64,000 nucleotides of DNA. Source: Hydrurus foetidus (taxonomy: Eukaryota). Position 1 is the first letter of the stretch. The number at the start of each line of letters is the position of its first letter. Under the pieces are notes generated by a model. It was not told where the DNA came from. It made no database searches and saw only the letters and a list, made by a program, of their open reading frames with translations. Below, one piece after another: positions 37,892-49,777 of this stretch. The stretch is taken from NCBI GenBank assembly GCA_900617105.1, contig UYFQ01000363.1, positions 1-64,000 on the forward strand, written 5' to 3'. The position numbers and the translations under genes were made by a program.

Positions 37892-40365
37892 CTATGTGAG
37901 TGTGGTGGATTCTGCATGAAAGCTATTCTCATTCGTACTCTCATTCTCATTTTGATTTTGATTCTCATAATGACTGTCGGTGCTATTGAAAGACTCTATA
38001 CCGTGTGATACGGCCGGAATATCATTGGGTTTATGTCCAACATCCGCTGCTGTGGCGCTTGCATTCCCCACACTACTGCTGCTTGTGTTGCTTGTAACAG
38101 CAGTATTAGTACTAATTGCTCTGATGAGATATTGATCTTCCCCGCTGTAACTGCTGCTAGAGTTGTAAGAATAAAGCCCCCTCAATCCTCTACCGCTCAA
38201 CAACCCAGATGACTCTTCTAAGAGGCGCACTACATCGTCACTACCTCCCTCTAGCTCCTCCTTCGCTATCACTGCTAAAGTTCTTCTCGTATGAAAGTAT
38301 GAAATAAAGGTGATGAATGCAGCGAAATAAAAGGGAAGCCCGGCTATTTTTGGGTGTGTTACTGTTATACTCAGTGAGAATATTCCGGTAAAAAGCAGCG
38401 ATCCGATTCCTGCTGTTCCGGTGCGCAGGCTGCCTAGGGCTCCTGAGAGGAAGAGTAAGAGAACAGGAGGTAATTCAATGATTTATGGGACAGTCAAAAG
38501 GAACAGAATGGAAGGTAGGGAAGAAGAGATAATCTCAGACTCGTGATGGCATATTTTGATCATACGAGTCTAGTGTTGCCGTGCTCCTCATCTGCTGTTG
38601 TATATCATATAGTTGAATTGCAGTCTATTCACTACGAACTGCTGATATCTATAACTCTATCTACTCAATTCTTTTCTTAGGTGCTCTGCTCATCTCTATT
38701 TTACTCTGCAGTGCAGTCAGGCCTGACATCCTCTGAATCAGTAATAACTAATGATAATTCCGTAGACTGTACCTTGCAGCGCGCCTTGCTCGTCAGGTCC
38801 AGCAGCTTTAGCGAACAGCGTTTTCAAAGTGGGTCCGCACATCAATGCTACAATACATGCATTCAACAATTCATGATCAATGGTAACAGTGATATGTTTA
38901 GAGTGATTTGTGGGTTAACTGCCGTCCGGTAGATAAAACGAATTCTCATGACATGAGTTCACGACGAGTCGCTTCTGGAAAGACCACGGCGTGCGTGTTC
39001 ACAAGATTCAATGCTGCAGTCCATTGCATATCACGCATAATTCATATCTTAAATGTGACAGAACCTACATCACAAAGTCTACCGCAGCACGGAATTGGCT
39101 TGCGAACAAAGATGACATTACATGATGGTGCATACCTGGTGAGAAAAGAACGAGGACGACAAAGAAAAGAGGTAGAGTTGGACAAACGCCATACGCCAGC
39201 AGCTGTGCGGTGAAGAGAGCTAATCCTAGCAGTAATCCATTCTCATCATCGAGGTATGTTGGTACCAAAAAAGGAACTAAAACGCCCTGCACAAGCACTG
39301 CACAAGTCCCGCTGACTGATAAGAAAACACCTGGAACAACGAATATCGATCATATTATTGATAGATAATGGTACTGTCAGAATGGGCACTAGGATCAGGA
39401 ATCGTATAGTTTTGATTTGCTGCGTATACGAGTGTGGCTTGAAACGTTTGCAACAGAATGAATGACTAATCTCAGTAATAGTTAAGAAGTAGGTGGTCAC
39501 CTATCTGTTTTATATCCGCCTTAAAACGTTGCGTCATGTATAAGACCCAGATAAAATATAAGCCAGAGCAGACGTTGGAGAGCATGTAGGTGACTGAAAG
39601 CCTTCGCAGATTGCGGTTCTCAAAAAATACTCTCAAGGAATAAGTTGGACTAGATTTCGCTGGATCATAGCTACGCATAATCACGCAGGTTTCCTCAAGA
39701 AAGAAGACTATCGTCAAAAGAGAAGCGCAACTTATTGCTGCAGCAACAAGAAAGCAGAGACGAAGATTGACGGAGATCAAAAGTGAACCACAGAGAGGTC
39801 CAAGGACAAATCCCATCCCAGAAATCGCAGCGAAATAACCAAAATTATTCGTCAAAGGCTCTCCAGATGCGTAGGCAATATCGGTTACTATTACGTAGCC
39901 CATGGCCATTCCTGCGTTTCCAAAACCAGACATGATACTGACAGCAAATACAGTCCACACCTTGGGGAACACAGCAAGAAGCGAATATTCTACAAACATG
40001 GTTACCAGAGACATAATCAGGATTTTCTTTCTACCCACGGAATCACTTAGATTACCCCAGAAAGGGCATGAAAAAAATTCCAAAATGTATCGGATGCTTG
40101 TAGCAGCTCCAAAGTAGGAGCTAGCGGCATTGTTTCTACCGTTTGTCGCTTCCAACAGAAGAGATGGAAATGCTGGAATGACAAGTGTGTACGCCGTAAA
40201 GTACAGCCAGAAGCAAAATAGGCAGATGCGCAATGAGCAAACAGCATTTCTTTTTCTTGACGGATCATTGGAGTCGATTCCCTCGTCGCTGACCTCTCCT
40301 TTGACCACACTATCACTGTGGAGTAGCTCTGAAACATTCCTCTGTCTCACATCAGTAACAGACAT
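37892..40365 (-). CDS. MFS transporter (tetracycline-resistance/MFSD14-like); multi-exon
   Basis: Multiple TM helices, motif A WGNLSDSVGRKKIL, YVIVTD, GMGFVLGPLCG; downstream exons YEPALQG|ALGSLRTG...GLPFYFAA. Confidence 0.88.
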
Positions 40366-40562
40366 CGTGAGTCACAGGCGCTATAAGGACTAGTGGCACC
40401 CCGTTTCTAGCGACGTCATTTCACTTCCTCTTCAGCGGAATCTGAATATTGTTCATCCAGTGAAAATAAACGAAGTCATAGACACATGAACCCCTGCATC
40501 CTGCAAGCATTACGCATTACGCATCATGCATCATGCATGAAAGAAGTTGTTGATAATCAATA

Positions 40563-40606
40563 TGGGTTCTGGGTTCTGGGTTCTGGGTTCTGGGTTCTGG
40601 GTTCTG
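40563..40606 (+). repeat. (TGGGTTC)6 heptamer microsatellite
   Basis: Six perfect tandem copies immediately left of the TIR element. Confidence 0.95.
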
Positions 40607-40618
40607 TTACGGTTCCTA

Positions 40619-42129
40619 CAAGGGGGTATAAAAGGAGAGGGGGCAGTACCAACCCAAAATCCCACTCAAGCTTTTCTCACCAAACTCTCTCTCAATTTTC
40701 AAAATTCTGAACTACCCGCGGTCATATTGTACAATACAAAGTACAGCACAGTATAAGAGATACCAGCATGCGGGACTCCATCAGTAGCGAGATGGAAGGT
40801 AATTCTATGCGTGGAAGATTAAACTCCGCTGGAATTTTTCAGGTTGAAGCGCTAACTTTTCTTCAAAAGCGTGGGCAATACCCCACAGTTCGCAGTTTGA
40901 TCACAGTCATCAAAGCTTCTTGAAGCACCGCTGATGCTGGATTCTCGTCCTTCCAATATTACATACAGGTAGGCCAAATAAACGTCAAAAATTCCCTCAA
41001 ACGAGCTCTGTGGGTCGAGAAATTGCAACCTCATACGCATCGTGTTTTTCGCCAAAAACGGCGACCTGACAAATTGAACAAGAAATCATCTCCCAAAGCT
41101 CCTACAGGCACCGAAAGTTGAAGATTATCGGTAGGAGCCCAGCGCAATCCTAGGATTTCTGTGGGTAGCCCTACATTTTTTTCTTTGCCCTTTTTATTCT
41201 CTAATAAGTTTAGGGCAAAAATACTCAGCAATTCCTCTTTTTTTAGGCCTGCACATCAATGCTACATGTCATTCCACTACAGAGTGACTTAAAAGTTGAG
41301 GGGGCTCAATGTTTTCTTACTTACAGTACATGAAACACGTTGTAACTTTAAAATGTCCATCTATCGAAATGAGGCTTCTTTTTAGCTGCGCAAACGAGGC
41401 TACCAAATCTAGGAGAAATTAGATCCTGTACAAAATCTTGTGGCGTGGTGGTCCAGGTTGCAAGCAATCAGATGGTGGTCCAGGTTGTACAGGACTCATG
41501 TTAGCCCTGGTCAAAGTTTAAAACGGTTGGATGTCATGATGAAAATTCATCACCGAACGATGCTCGAGAAACAGTTAAGCGGGAATCGGGCGGAGATTCA
41601 CTACCTTCCCACAGATTGGACCAGATGGAATCCTGATGCCTGCAATTCCCAATCTGTTGGCCTGTACAATTCATTTCGGCAATGCGGAGTAAATTAGATG
41701 CAAGTAGATGGCAAGTTTGTCGAAATCGATAAATTCGTGAGTATTGAACTGCGCCTTGGCAAATTTTGAGAATCGTTTTAATGTGCACGACTTGAACTAT
41801 TCTCCAAATCTGCCAAGGTGACGATCAATATTCAACTTTCAACTTGGCGAGGGCAGCTTACCTTGGCAAAGACGAGCAAATTCGCGAACAGATGTCGTGG
41901 ACAAATTTCGTTTACCGAAAGATGCGCAAGGATGAGAATGACCAGAATACCTGATGGGCGAGGACGCGCTGTCCTTGGCTGCTTTGCTTCATGTTGCCAA
42001 AGTATTGGTCGTATTACAGCTTCAGTGATGAGTATATTCGGGTAGTTGGGAGTTGAGTGAGAGTTTGGTGAGAAAAGCTTGAGTGGGATCTTGGGTTAGT
42101 ACTGCCCCCTCTCTCTCTATACCCCCTTG
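40619..42129. mobile_element. Non-autonomous DNA transposon, ~77-bp TIRs starting CAAGGGGGTATA, 7-bp TSD GTTCCTA (P-superfamily-like)
   Basis: TIRs 40619-40695 and 42053-42129 have few mismatches. GTTCCTA occurs at 40612-40618 and 42130-42136. The interior has no intact ORF. Confidence 0.88.
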
Positions 42130-42181
42130 GTTCCTAGAAGCTTTCCTGTTGTATGGGGTATCTACGTTGTGACGTACCAAG

Positions 42182-43046
42182 TGGGGGATAAACTTAATGG
42201 CACCCCACTAATGGGAAACTATAACAAAGGAAAAAAAAAACAGTTTTGAGAGAAAAAAACTATTTCAGGTAATCTAGAACTTTAACAGTAGAACAAGAAC
42301 TATTCGAGAATTTGCGACTATTTTCGACGAACCTGACAATATTTCAAACAATCAAGACTTTTTCGAAGGAATTAACACTTTAAAGCTGTATACCACATCT
42401 TTAAGAGAGAAAAAAAGTTTTTTTGAACGAAATCGAACCATCAAAATGAAAGGAAAAGAGTAGAAGAGAAGGACAATTTAACGGTTTTTAGGTCGGCGTC
42501 CGACTCGAACAATCAGACAGATTACATAATAACTGAATTGCTGTTTGCAACTGAATGAACAGCCAATCTCGTGAATTCCTTGATAAACTTGAATGATACG
42601 TGTATTCGCGAATTAAATTACGTCTCAACGATTTATGAATCTTCTAAAATGCTGTTGGTATTTTTTTCGGGGCACCACAGTCTCTAGCATAGCATTCAAG
42701 CGTTATCCTCAGACCTCACTCAGACCTCTCTCGGGTGCTATTTTGAGATCGTTGTGCTGATGTTCAGAACCATCGCCAACTTCAAGAACGTACAGCTCTT
42801 CATACAGCTTGTTCATTAATCTCATATCGACATTGCAACCATCATGCGCACATATCAAGTACGTGAAGCGTCTACCAATGTTATGATTGGTGCGACCTCT
42901 AGATAGCAAATTCTCAACACAGTAGGCTCTTATTTCAGCCTCAGTTTCAAACGTCTCGATTCTCACATTGAAGTCTTCTATTCTGGAGTCATATTATTTG
43001 ACTTTTCTTATGTAGAGGTGGAACCACCATACGGTTTATCCCCCAA
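42182..43046 (-). mobile_element. Mutator-like (MULE) remnant with WRKY/FLYWCH-type zinc-finger fragment
   Basis: ORF 42709-42966 reads YLICAHDGCNVDMRL...EHQHN...ERGLSE (C-x4-C...HxH). Short imperfect inverted ends TGGGGGATAAAC (42182) and GTTTATCCCCCA (~43034-43045). Confidence 0.55.
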
Positions 43047-44072
43047 TAAGCACATTTGCGTAAGTACTCTTGACCCAAGGTCCCAACTACGTACACAAAC
43101 AAACGCTCCGACGTACCCGACCTCTTATTTAGCTTCTAGAATTGATAAGCAATCTACCCCATGGTCATCATTTACTTTACCTTAAAAGATTTCAATGCGT
43201 AGTATCTTTCCATTCACGTCATTCCCCTCTCCATTGAAGATATCGAGCACTTTGCGCCGTTTCGTAATATAATATTGTCCATGATTTCATCAGGGGTCTC
43301 ACATTCGCGAATCTATTCAATTCCGAAATTAGACTTGAAATGAATATAATGGTGATTAAATTGTGTCATTCTCTAATTATTCGCCGATGTTTATCAGTGC
43401 TTTCAGAAATAGGTCATTGGCGAACACTGCAATTTGTAATCGTGATAAAGGCTAAAGAGCACGGTCTTTGTGTGATTCTGCATGAAAAAATGGATATAGT
43501 TGTACATGATTTCCGGAAGCAGAAAGGACGGATCTTCAAACATGGACCCTTATTCTGAGTCGTAGTGGTCACATTTTTGATGTACGTTGGACAACACGTC
43601 TTCATGGAGGATTGGTGTTCGCTCACGCGAAAATTGGCCTTATCTCCCAAATGAGATGTAGGCGACGTGCGAGTATGATACGAACATAGTGTTTTTGCAA
43701 ACTGTTAACACTCATTTTTCGCATCACACTGATTGAGAAGTTTGCAGTACCGGTGAATTTGAGTGCTCGAAAGTCGAGAAGTCGTCCAAAAGGCGAAAGA
43801 TGTGCGAAATCGGGTTGCAAAAACACTCCACTTTAGTCAAAACCATTTTCGTTGTTAATCGATACGGAATCATCTGTTTCACGGATTCCGAATGGCAGCT
43901 GATCACGCGATTATGCATTACCGTATGCAGACGTTCCTCTCCTCTTCATCCTCCATCTCTCAGTTCGAGCTAGTAACTCACTCTAGCATTAACTCCGAGT
44001 ACCGTCACTTGTAAACATTCTGAGAAGAGGCTGCCTGAATTTTTACAATCTTCGTGATATTAAATTTGTGAA

Positions 44073-44960
44073 ATGGTGTCGGAGAAGTCAAGGATGATAA
44101 TGCCTCAGTGGCTGAAGGTCAACTTCTTGAAGTCTATTATCCCAGCCAATATTTACGACAGAGTAAGAGTGTGGAATTATGCATCAATGACTGTCGGGAC
44201 TGCATTCACTTCAACTTGAGAACTGACTTGTAAACTGCTTCCGAAACTCAGCTGCGCCGCGCGATTCTTTTCGCACCAGACGACCCAAACAATCTCCATC
44301 AGACTGTCCCTCAGATGCACGTCGAAGGACTCAATGTACCTAGAATTAAAGGTTACAGATTTCCTGCTCCAGGATCTCGTCATGGTGCAAAGGTTCCTGC
44401 GCGCGAAAGCTCCGATCGATTATATGATACTACTTTTGCTGGCATGGACTCAAGAAATCTTCCGAGTACTGTAAGTTCTGTGAAACAAATTTCTCTTTTT
44501 TAATTTCTTGAAACTGTGACCTGCACACAAAACTAAACTCATCCCTGAACCCTCCTCTGCTGTTCTAGTACTCGGTGACGATTAACTCGAAGGATCCCAT
44601 GCTTCTCGACGCTTCTCCAATTAGAGCGGGACAGTCTCCTGGCAACAACAATCCAGCCGTTCTAGAATATGACGCCACTGGTCTTCGTTCTACAATGAGC
44701 GCAACCTGGGCAGAACTTGACAAGGCCGTTCTAAAGAATGCTCTCCCAAATCATCTACCAGGTGAACTCATGCGATGCAACCTTCTAATTATGATAGATA
44801 TTCTCCTAACAAATGTTTCCTTCATAACTGCACAGCTGCCGAGTGGGAGAAGCACCAAGCCGATATTGACGCCGAGTGTGAAAGAAAAGGCATTCCCTAT
44901 GTCTCCGGTAGAAAATACAAATTTCAAGTCTCGGAAAATTACAACACACTTCGATGGTAA
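44073..44960 (+). CDS. Mitochondrial complex I accessory subunit NDUFA7/B14.5a-like; 4 exons
   Basis: A clean in-frame 4-exon reading can be built. GYRFPAPGSRHGAKVPARESSDRLYDTTFAGMDSRN resembles the YR...PG...A.VP.....+YD......D.RR core of algal/plant B14.5a. Confidence 0.5.
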
Positions 44961-46058
44961 AGACTTGCGAAAGCGAATGTCATCAATCATTTTGAAAGCG
45001 TTGGTTTTCTCGATTCCACAATTTTCTTTCATTTTGAACATGCCGGAAATGGTCTGATTCGTGACGAGCCTCGAATGATTTCATGAATGAATGGTGGAAA
45101 ACCCCTGTATAATTTGAATTTCCAGCCTGTCCTGTATCATAATTGTCATCTATCGCGCGATCAGTTTTGAACACTTGTCAGATATTTGAAATGAGTTCAA
45201 GAAACTTCCCGCGCCCAACTTAAGTCATGAAAGTGAATTAGAAACAGATTAGCTCCAGAACTGCCTACAGTACTCAGATTTTAGATGCAGCTTCTATCCA
45301 ACTTCTCAGTGCTTGACTTAATGGATCTGGTGCAGTCCATCAAGCAATCCAACTTATTTACGAATACTCAAAGAGTACATTACTGTGTTGCACTGCACAA
45401 TACTGCACGGAACAGTCCTACTTCTATGCCTTCATGACCTGTTCGTGAGTCGCTGATATGTCATCAACACAAAATACCTCCACTCAACTAATTTCCGTGG
45501 AGCTGGCACCACCTCCACTCACGACGGGACACACTGCACCAAATCTGTAGCGATGTTGTTTATCCACGACTCTGGAAAATTGCAGTCGAGTCCCGCTCGG
45601 ACGTCAGGGCAGCGATTGGGGAGCAGGGAGAGACAGCACGGAGCTGTGGAATGAGTGTCTGAAATCACTTTAAAATCGGATTAAGCAGGGAAAATAGCGC
45701 GATGGGATTGTCTAGTGTTGGGGCATATCAGACATGATTGAACCATCGGATGTAAGTATTGAGATATCATAGAAAAAAACACTACTTACGGATAGTTATT
45801 CAGCATACACTACGCTAGATGTAAAAATATATAGCATGTTGAATATGCATGACGGCATCATCTCTGTTCGCTTATGCATGATATGAATGTTTTTTTGAAT
45901 CGCAGGCAATCAATGCACTGTGTTTTAATGCCGCCACATGAATACTCCTCACCAATCCTGTTTGAATCAGACAGCTCGCCCAGAAGTAAAATTGTGAACA
46001 TGGAAATCTACTCACTTTCAGAAAAGCTTAGCATCATTGCAATTCATATTGCTCGTAC

Positions 46059-46766
46059 TCATTGAGGAGCTGGATTTTGTAGGAGTGTCAAGAACTCTAC
46101 AACATGTTTGTGTGATTTCTCCTCAGCTATTTGAATCGCTCCTTTTCCTTTCTTGTTCAAAATTGCAGGGTCCGCACCCTTGAGTAAAAGTAACTTTATC
46201 GATGCTAATTTTCCAGCTTGTGCAGCTTTCATCATCGCTGTTTGGCCGAATCTGCTCATTAAATCTATTTCGACCTTATTGCTTTCTAGTAGAACCTTCA
46301 GCGCATCCATATGGCCATGGGAACTACAGCACATCAATGCTGATGATCCAAATATGTTCTGGTGATTCGTATCACAATGATCATTTGCTAAGAGCAATGA
46401 AATTGACTCATGCCAATTGCGTTGTGCACAAATCATCAGAGGCGAGTTGCCAAAAGCATCAGTGAAGTTTACGGCATCCTTCAGATTGCGAAACTTCTCC
46501 GATTCTAGAATATCTTCTGCTCCAGCGACATCGTTACCTCTAGCGGCTTTAAAGAATTGCGCTACCAGCTCTTCTTCATCAATGTCAATTGCTGTTTTAT
46601 TGTCCGCCTCAGAATTGATTTCTTGCGATGTGAATTCTCTCCTTGGAAATGATTCTGGGGGCCCCTTAACTGAACATGCTGATAGCACTAAAGAAAAACA
46701 CCTTCGGCTTTGGTATGGTCTCGAAACTGTAACAGAGCGGAGGATACTGGCGGTTACTTTCTTCAT
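46059..46766 (-). CDS. Ankyrin-repeat protein with mitochondrial-type presequence
   Basis: GNSPLMICA, GSSALMCCSSHGH, GQTAMMKAAQAGK...LLLKGADP repeats. Arg/Ser-rich N-terminus ends RRCFS. Confidence 0.88.
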   Translation of the reverse strand: MKKVTASILRSVTVSRPYQSRRCFSLVLSACSVKGPPESFPRREFTSQEINSEADNKTAIDIDEEELVAQFFKAARGNDVAGAEDILESEKFRNLKDAVNFTDAFGNSPLMICAQRNWHESISLLLANDHCDTNHQNIFGSSALMCCSSHGHMDALKVLLESNKVEIDLMSRFGQTAMMKAAQAGKLASIKLLLLKGADPAILNKKGKGAIQIAEEKSHKHVVEFLTLLQNPAPQ

Positions 46767-47191
46767 GTTATGATAGTCTCCGAAAACCTCCTTTGAAATT
46801 AACGTGACGCTTCTTTCTCAATCGGACGACATCTCACAGCTTGATGGGCATGGCCGTAAGTTTTTAGCTCTGGTTGGCAAATGTTACCATCTCAAATTAC
46901 TGCAGATCGCGAGATTAAGATGCTGTATAGGGCTCCACAGCAGGGGGGGGTAAATATTTGTATGCTATGTACCTATGGGAAAGCCAAAAGACAAAATACC
47001 AAATATTCTGGATATTTCCGTCTACGCAAACTCTTTAACGAGAGGTTGATGATTGATGGTTGATGGGTTATTGGTTGATAGCTGATGGCTTACTCGCTCG
47101 GTGTTAGCAGTTACCTCTCTCTCTGGTGAGAGGAATTATGACGAACATTTCTATCATGGAAACTTAAGGATTTCTCCGGATATCACATAAA

Positions 47192-48240
47192 ATGTTCTTG
47201 TTGGCCGTCATTGTCGACAAGATCAAAACTCACCCAGATGAGTTCGATCGGGATCCAACGGAGGTAAATATGTCATCCATGCTGCCGCAGCCTGTCGTTC
47301 TCTCCCAAGTTTGTATAATAGCTGACAAGAATGTATGATGGCACCAGGTCTTGCTCGACCAGATCGATATCAAGTTTGCAAACAAAGTTATACTAGAAGT
47401 GGGACTGTGTATTTCACTGTTCGACTTCCAGGAAATAGGGGATCCATATGTTTATCCTGCCGAGGGGTCCGCCCATCAACGTGTGAAGTTCAGAATGATA
47501 GTTTTTCGTCCTTTCGCTGGAGAGGTACATCTCATTCGTGACAGTATCTACTGCTCTAACCGACAGATAGTGACTATTGATTGCTTTCCTGCAGATATTG
47601 GTGGGACGTGTCTCTTCCTCAAACAAAGATGGGATACAAGTGTCGTTAGACTTCTTTGATGATGTCTTCATACCGTCCTACTTGCTCCAAGCTCCTTCTG
47701 AATTTAATCCTAAGACATCACTATGGCTTTGGAAGTATGGAGAGGAGGACAGCGGAGATGAATTTGTAATGGATATTGGGGAACAGGTAGAAATTCTCCT
47801 CATCATAACGCAGTATCTACAGTCGGCGAAGTCTTTCTCTCCCGAGATTTCTCGCTATGATCCAACATGATCTAACTTTCTGTCTCGTCAGGTCCGATTC
47901 CGAGTAAGGACGATACACTTCACGCGACTTACGACAAGTTTCAAAGGGATTCAAGCCACAACCACATCGGAAATTCACAACAGTGGCGCAGCGAGCAGTT
48001 CTTTAGTCAAAACAGAATCAGAGTCGACAGGTGATCATCATTTTACTGAAGGACTTCCTTTTTAACTCCTGCATTCAATATCGCTTCTGAAACTTGTCAT
48101 CTCATATCTGGACAGTGCGAAGGAGATCATCTTCTTCAATAGGACTACCACCTGACGAGAACCTGCCTTCTGTAATGCAAGTAATTGGATGTGTGAACGA
48201 GGAGGGATTAGGTCTTGTATCTTGGTGGTCGTCATCCTGA
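47192..48240 (+). CDS. POLR3H: RNA polymerase III subunit RPC8 (C25); 5 exons
   Basis: KFANKVILEVGLCISLFD, GSAHQRVKFRMIVFRPFAGE|ILVGRV, GIQVSLDFFDDVFIP, VRFRV and terminal EEGLGLVSWW. Confidence 0.93.
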
Positions 48241-48903
48241 TGACAGAAATAAGAAATAACTCTCGATAACTGTTGCACCTTTCAAAGTCAACCATTAGAT
48301 GCCACTTGGTTAGAAATCTCCAATCGTGCTCGGTATATCAATATTTACCACACCCTTGTGATGGTCTCTAATTTATGTGTGACTGAGAGGTGTGATTCAC
48401 CAAATTTGTTATTTTAATTGCGCAAAGCGTCTCACTCTCCCAAGATCAACGCTTATAGTCATATAGTACGGGATTGAAAAAGTGCAGAAAATGTGGACCT
48501 GTTCAGCTGATAGACGATAATTCTGAAAAATATCTATACGTGTCATACTAACGTAAATTAGAGGGAAACGGAAGCTGTCTAATTTAACCTTCTCAAAATT
48601 AAACCCTGAGCATTCTGAAGAAATCGACGGCACTGTTATTCGTCTCGAAATTTCCTTGAAAACAGAAGTTATCGCTTGTAATGAACGGAATTGGGATATC
48701 GCCGAAAGCATCTTGATACTTTTTGTCCGTAGTTTTCGTCGACACCACACCAAGTGATGCTGACCCCAAAGGGATGTCTACCCTCTCTCTACATCCGACA
48801 ATTTGAAGTTTCTCATCGAGAACACCACTTCGTGTCTTGTCCGCAAGGTGCCTGACACGACCTTTACCAGTGTTACGGCAGATTTCTCAGAGAGTTGAAG
48901 GAA

Positions 48904-49449
48904 ATGTATCCACTCAGGGGTTTAACGCTATTTTTCATTGGAGTCACCAGTGGATTTGTTCAATATCAGCGAATCGGATTACGGGAGTTTCGGATCGGTT
49001 CAACACCTTCGTCGCTTGCTGATAGCAGAGACTCTGGGGGAGATCAGGCCAACGCAAGAAAAGTAGCCGTAATTTTAGTAGATCATGGATCACGCAAAGC
49101 TGAAGCAAATGACATGTTGATGTTGGTTGCTGAGAAGTACAAAAAGCAGTACAACGTGGACATAGTCGAAGCTGCGCACATGGAGCTTTCTGAGCCTTCA
49201 ATTTCCACTGCATTCCGGAATTGCATTGAACAAGGAGCAACGAAGATTATCTGTCATCCTTTTTTCTTGTCTAGAGGACGGCATGTTCAAGAGGATATCC
49301 CCGAGATGATGAGAGCTGCGGCTGCGGAACATGCTAACATTCATCAGCTGGAATATTCTATCACCGAACCACTGGGGTTAAACGAAAAAATTCTAGAGCT
49401 GATTCATAAATCCATTACAGATGTTGTTGACGAGAAACTGTTGCTGTAA
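48904..49449 (+). CDS. SIRB: Sirohydrochlorin ferrochelatase (SirB/CbiX-small), plastid-targeted
   Basis: ILVDHGSRKAEAN, IVEAAHMELSEPSI, ICHPFFLSRGRHVQEDIP, ITEPLG. N-terminal signal ends TSG-F. Confidence 0.9.
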   Translation: MYPLRGLTLFFIGVTSGFVQYQRIGLREFRIGSTPSSLADSRDSGGDQANARKVAVILVDHGSRKAEANDMLMLVAEKYKKQYNVDIVEAAHMELSEPSISTAFRNCIEQGATKIICHPFFLSRGRHVQEDIPEMMRAAAAEHANIHQLEYSITEPLGLNEKILELIHKSITDVVDEKLLL

Positions 49450-49777
49450 AGGTCTTATGGAAGGATGTCTGCTGAATTAAGTCGTGTCTCAACCATCTGT
49501 ACCTGATGTTTATCCAAAAAAAACGCCTGCAGAAATCGGAGGATGCATACTCTTATAGAGCTCCTTGTTCACTACTCGCCACACTTTTCCGGAATTTGTC
49601 TGGCATTTATTTACAGAACATGTTACAGTTGTGAACAGGTTAGGGATAAACAAATTGTCAAATGAAGAGGCTTTATTCACCCCAGATATGGGCACTATGT
49701 TAAGAATACAGCAGAAACATTATTGCAAAGCGGAACTTTATCATATGGGCATAATGCGGCTCTGTGTCAATCGCAAT

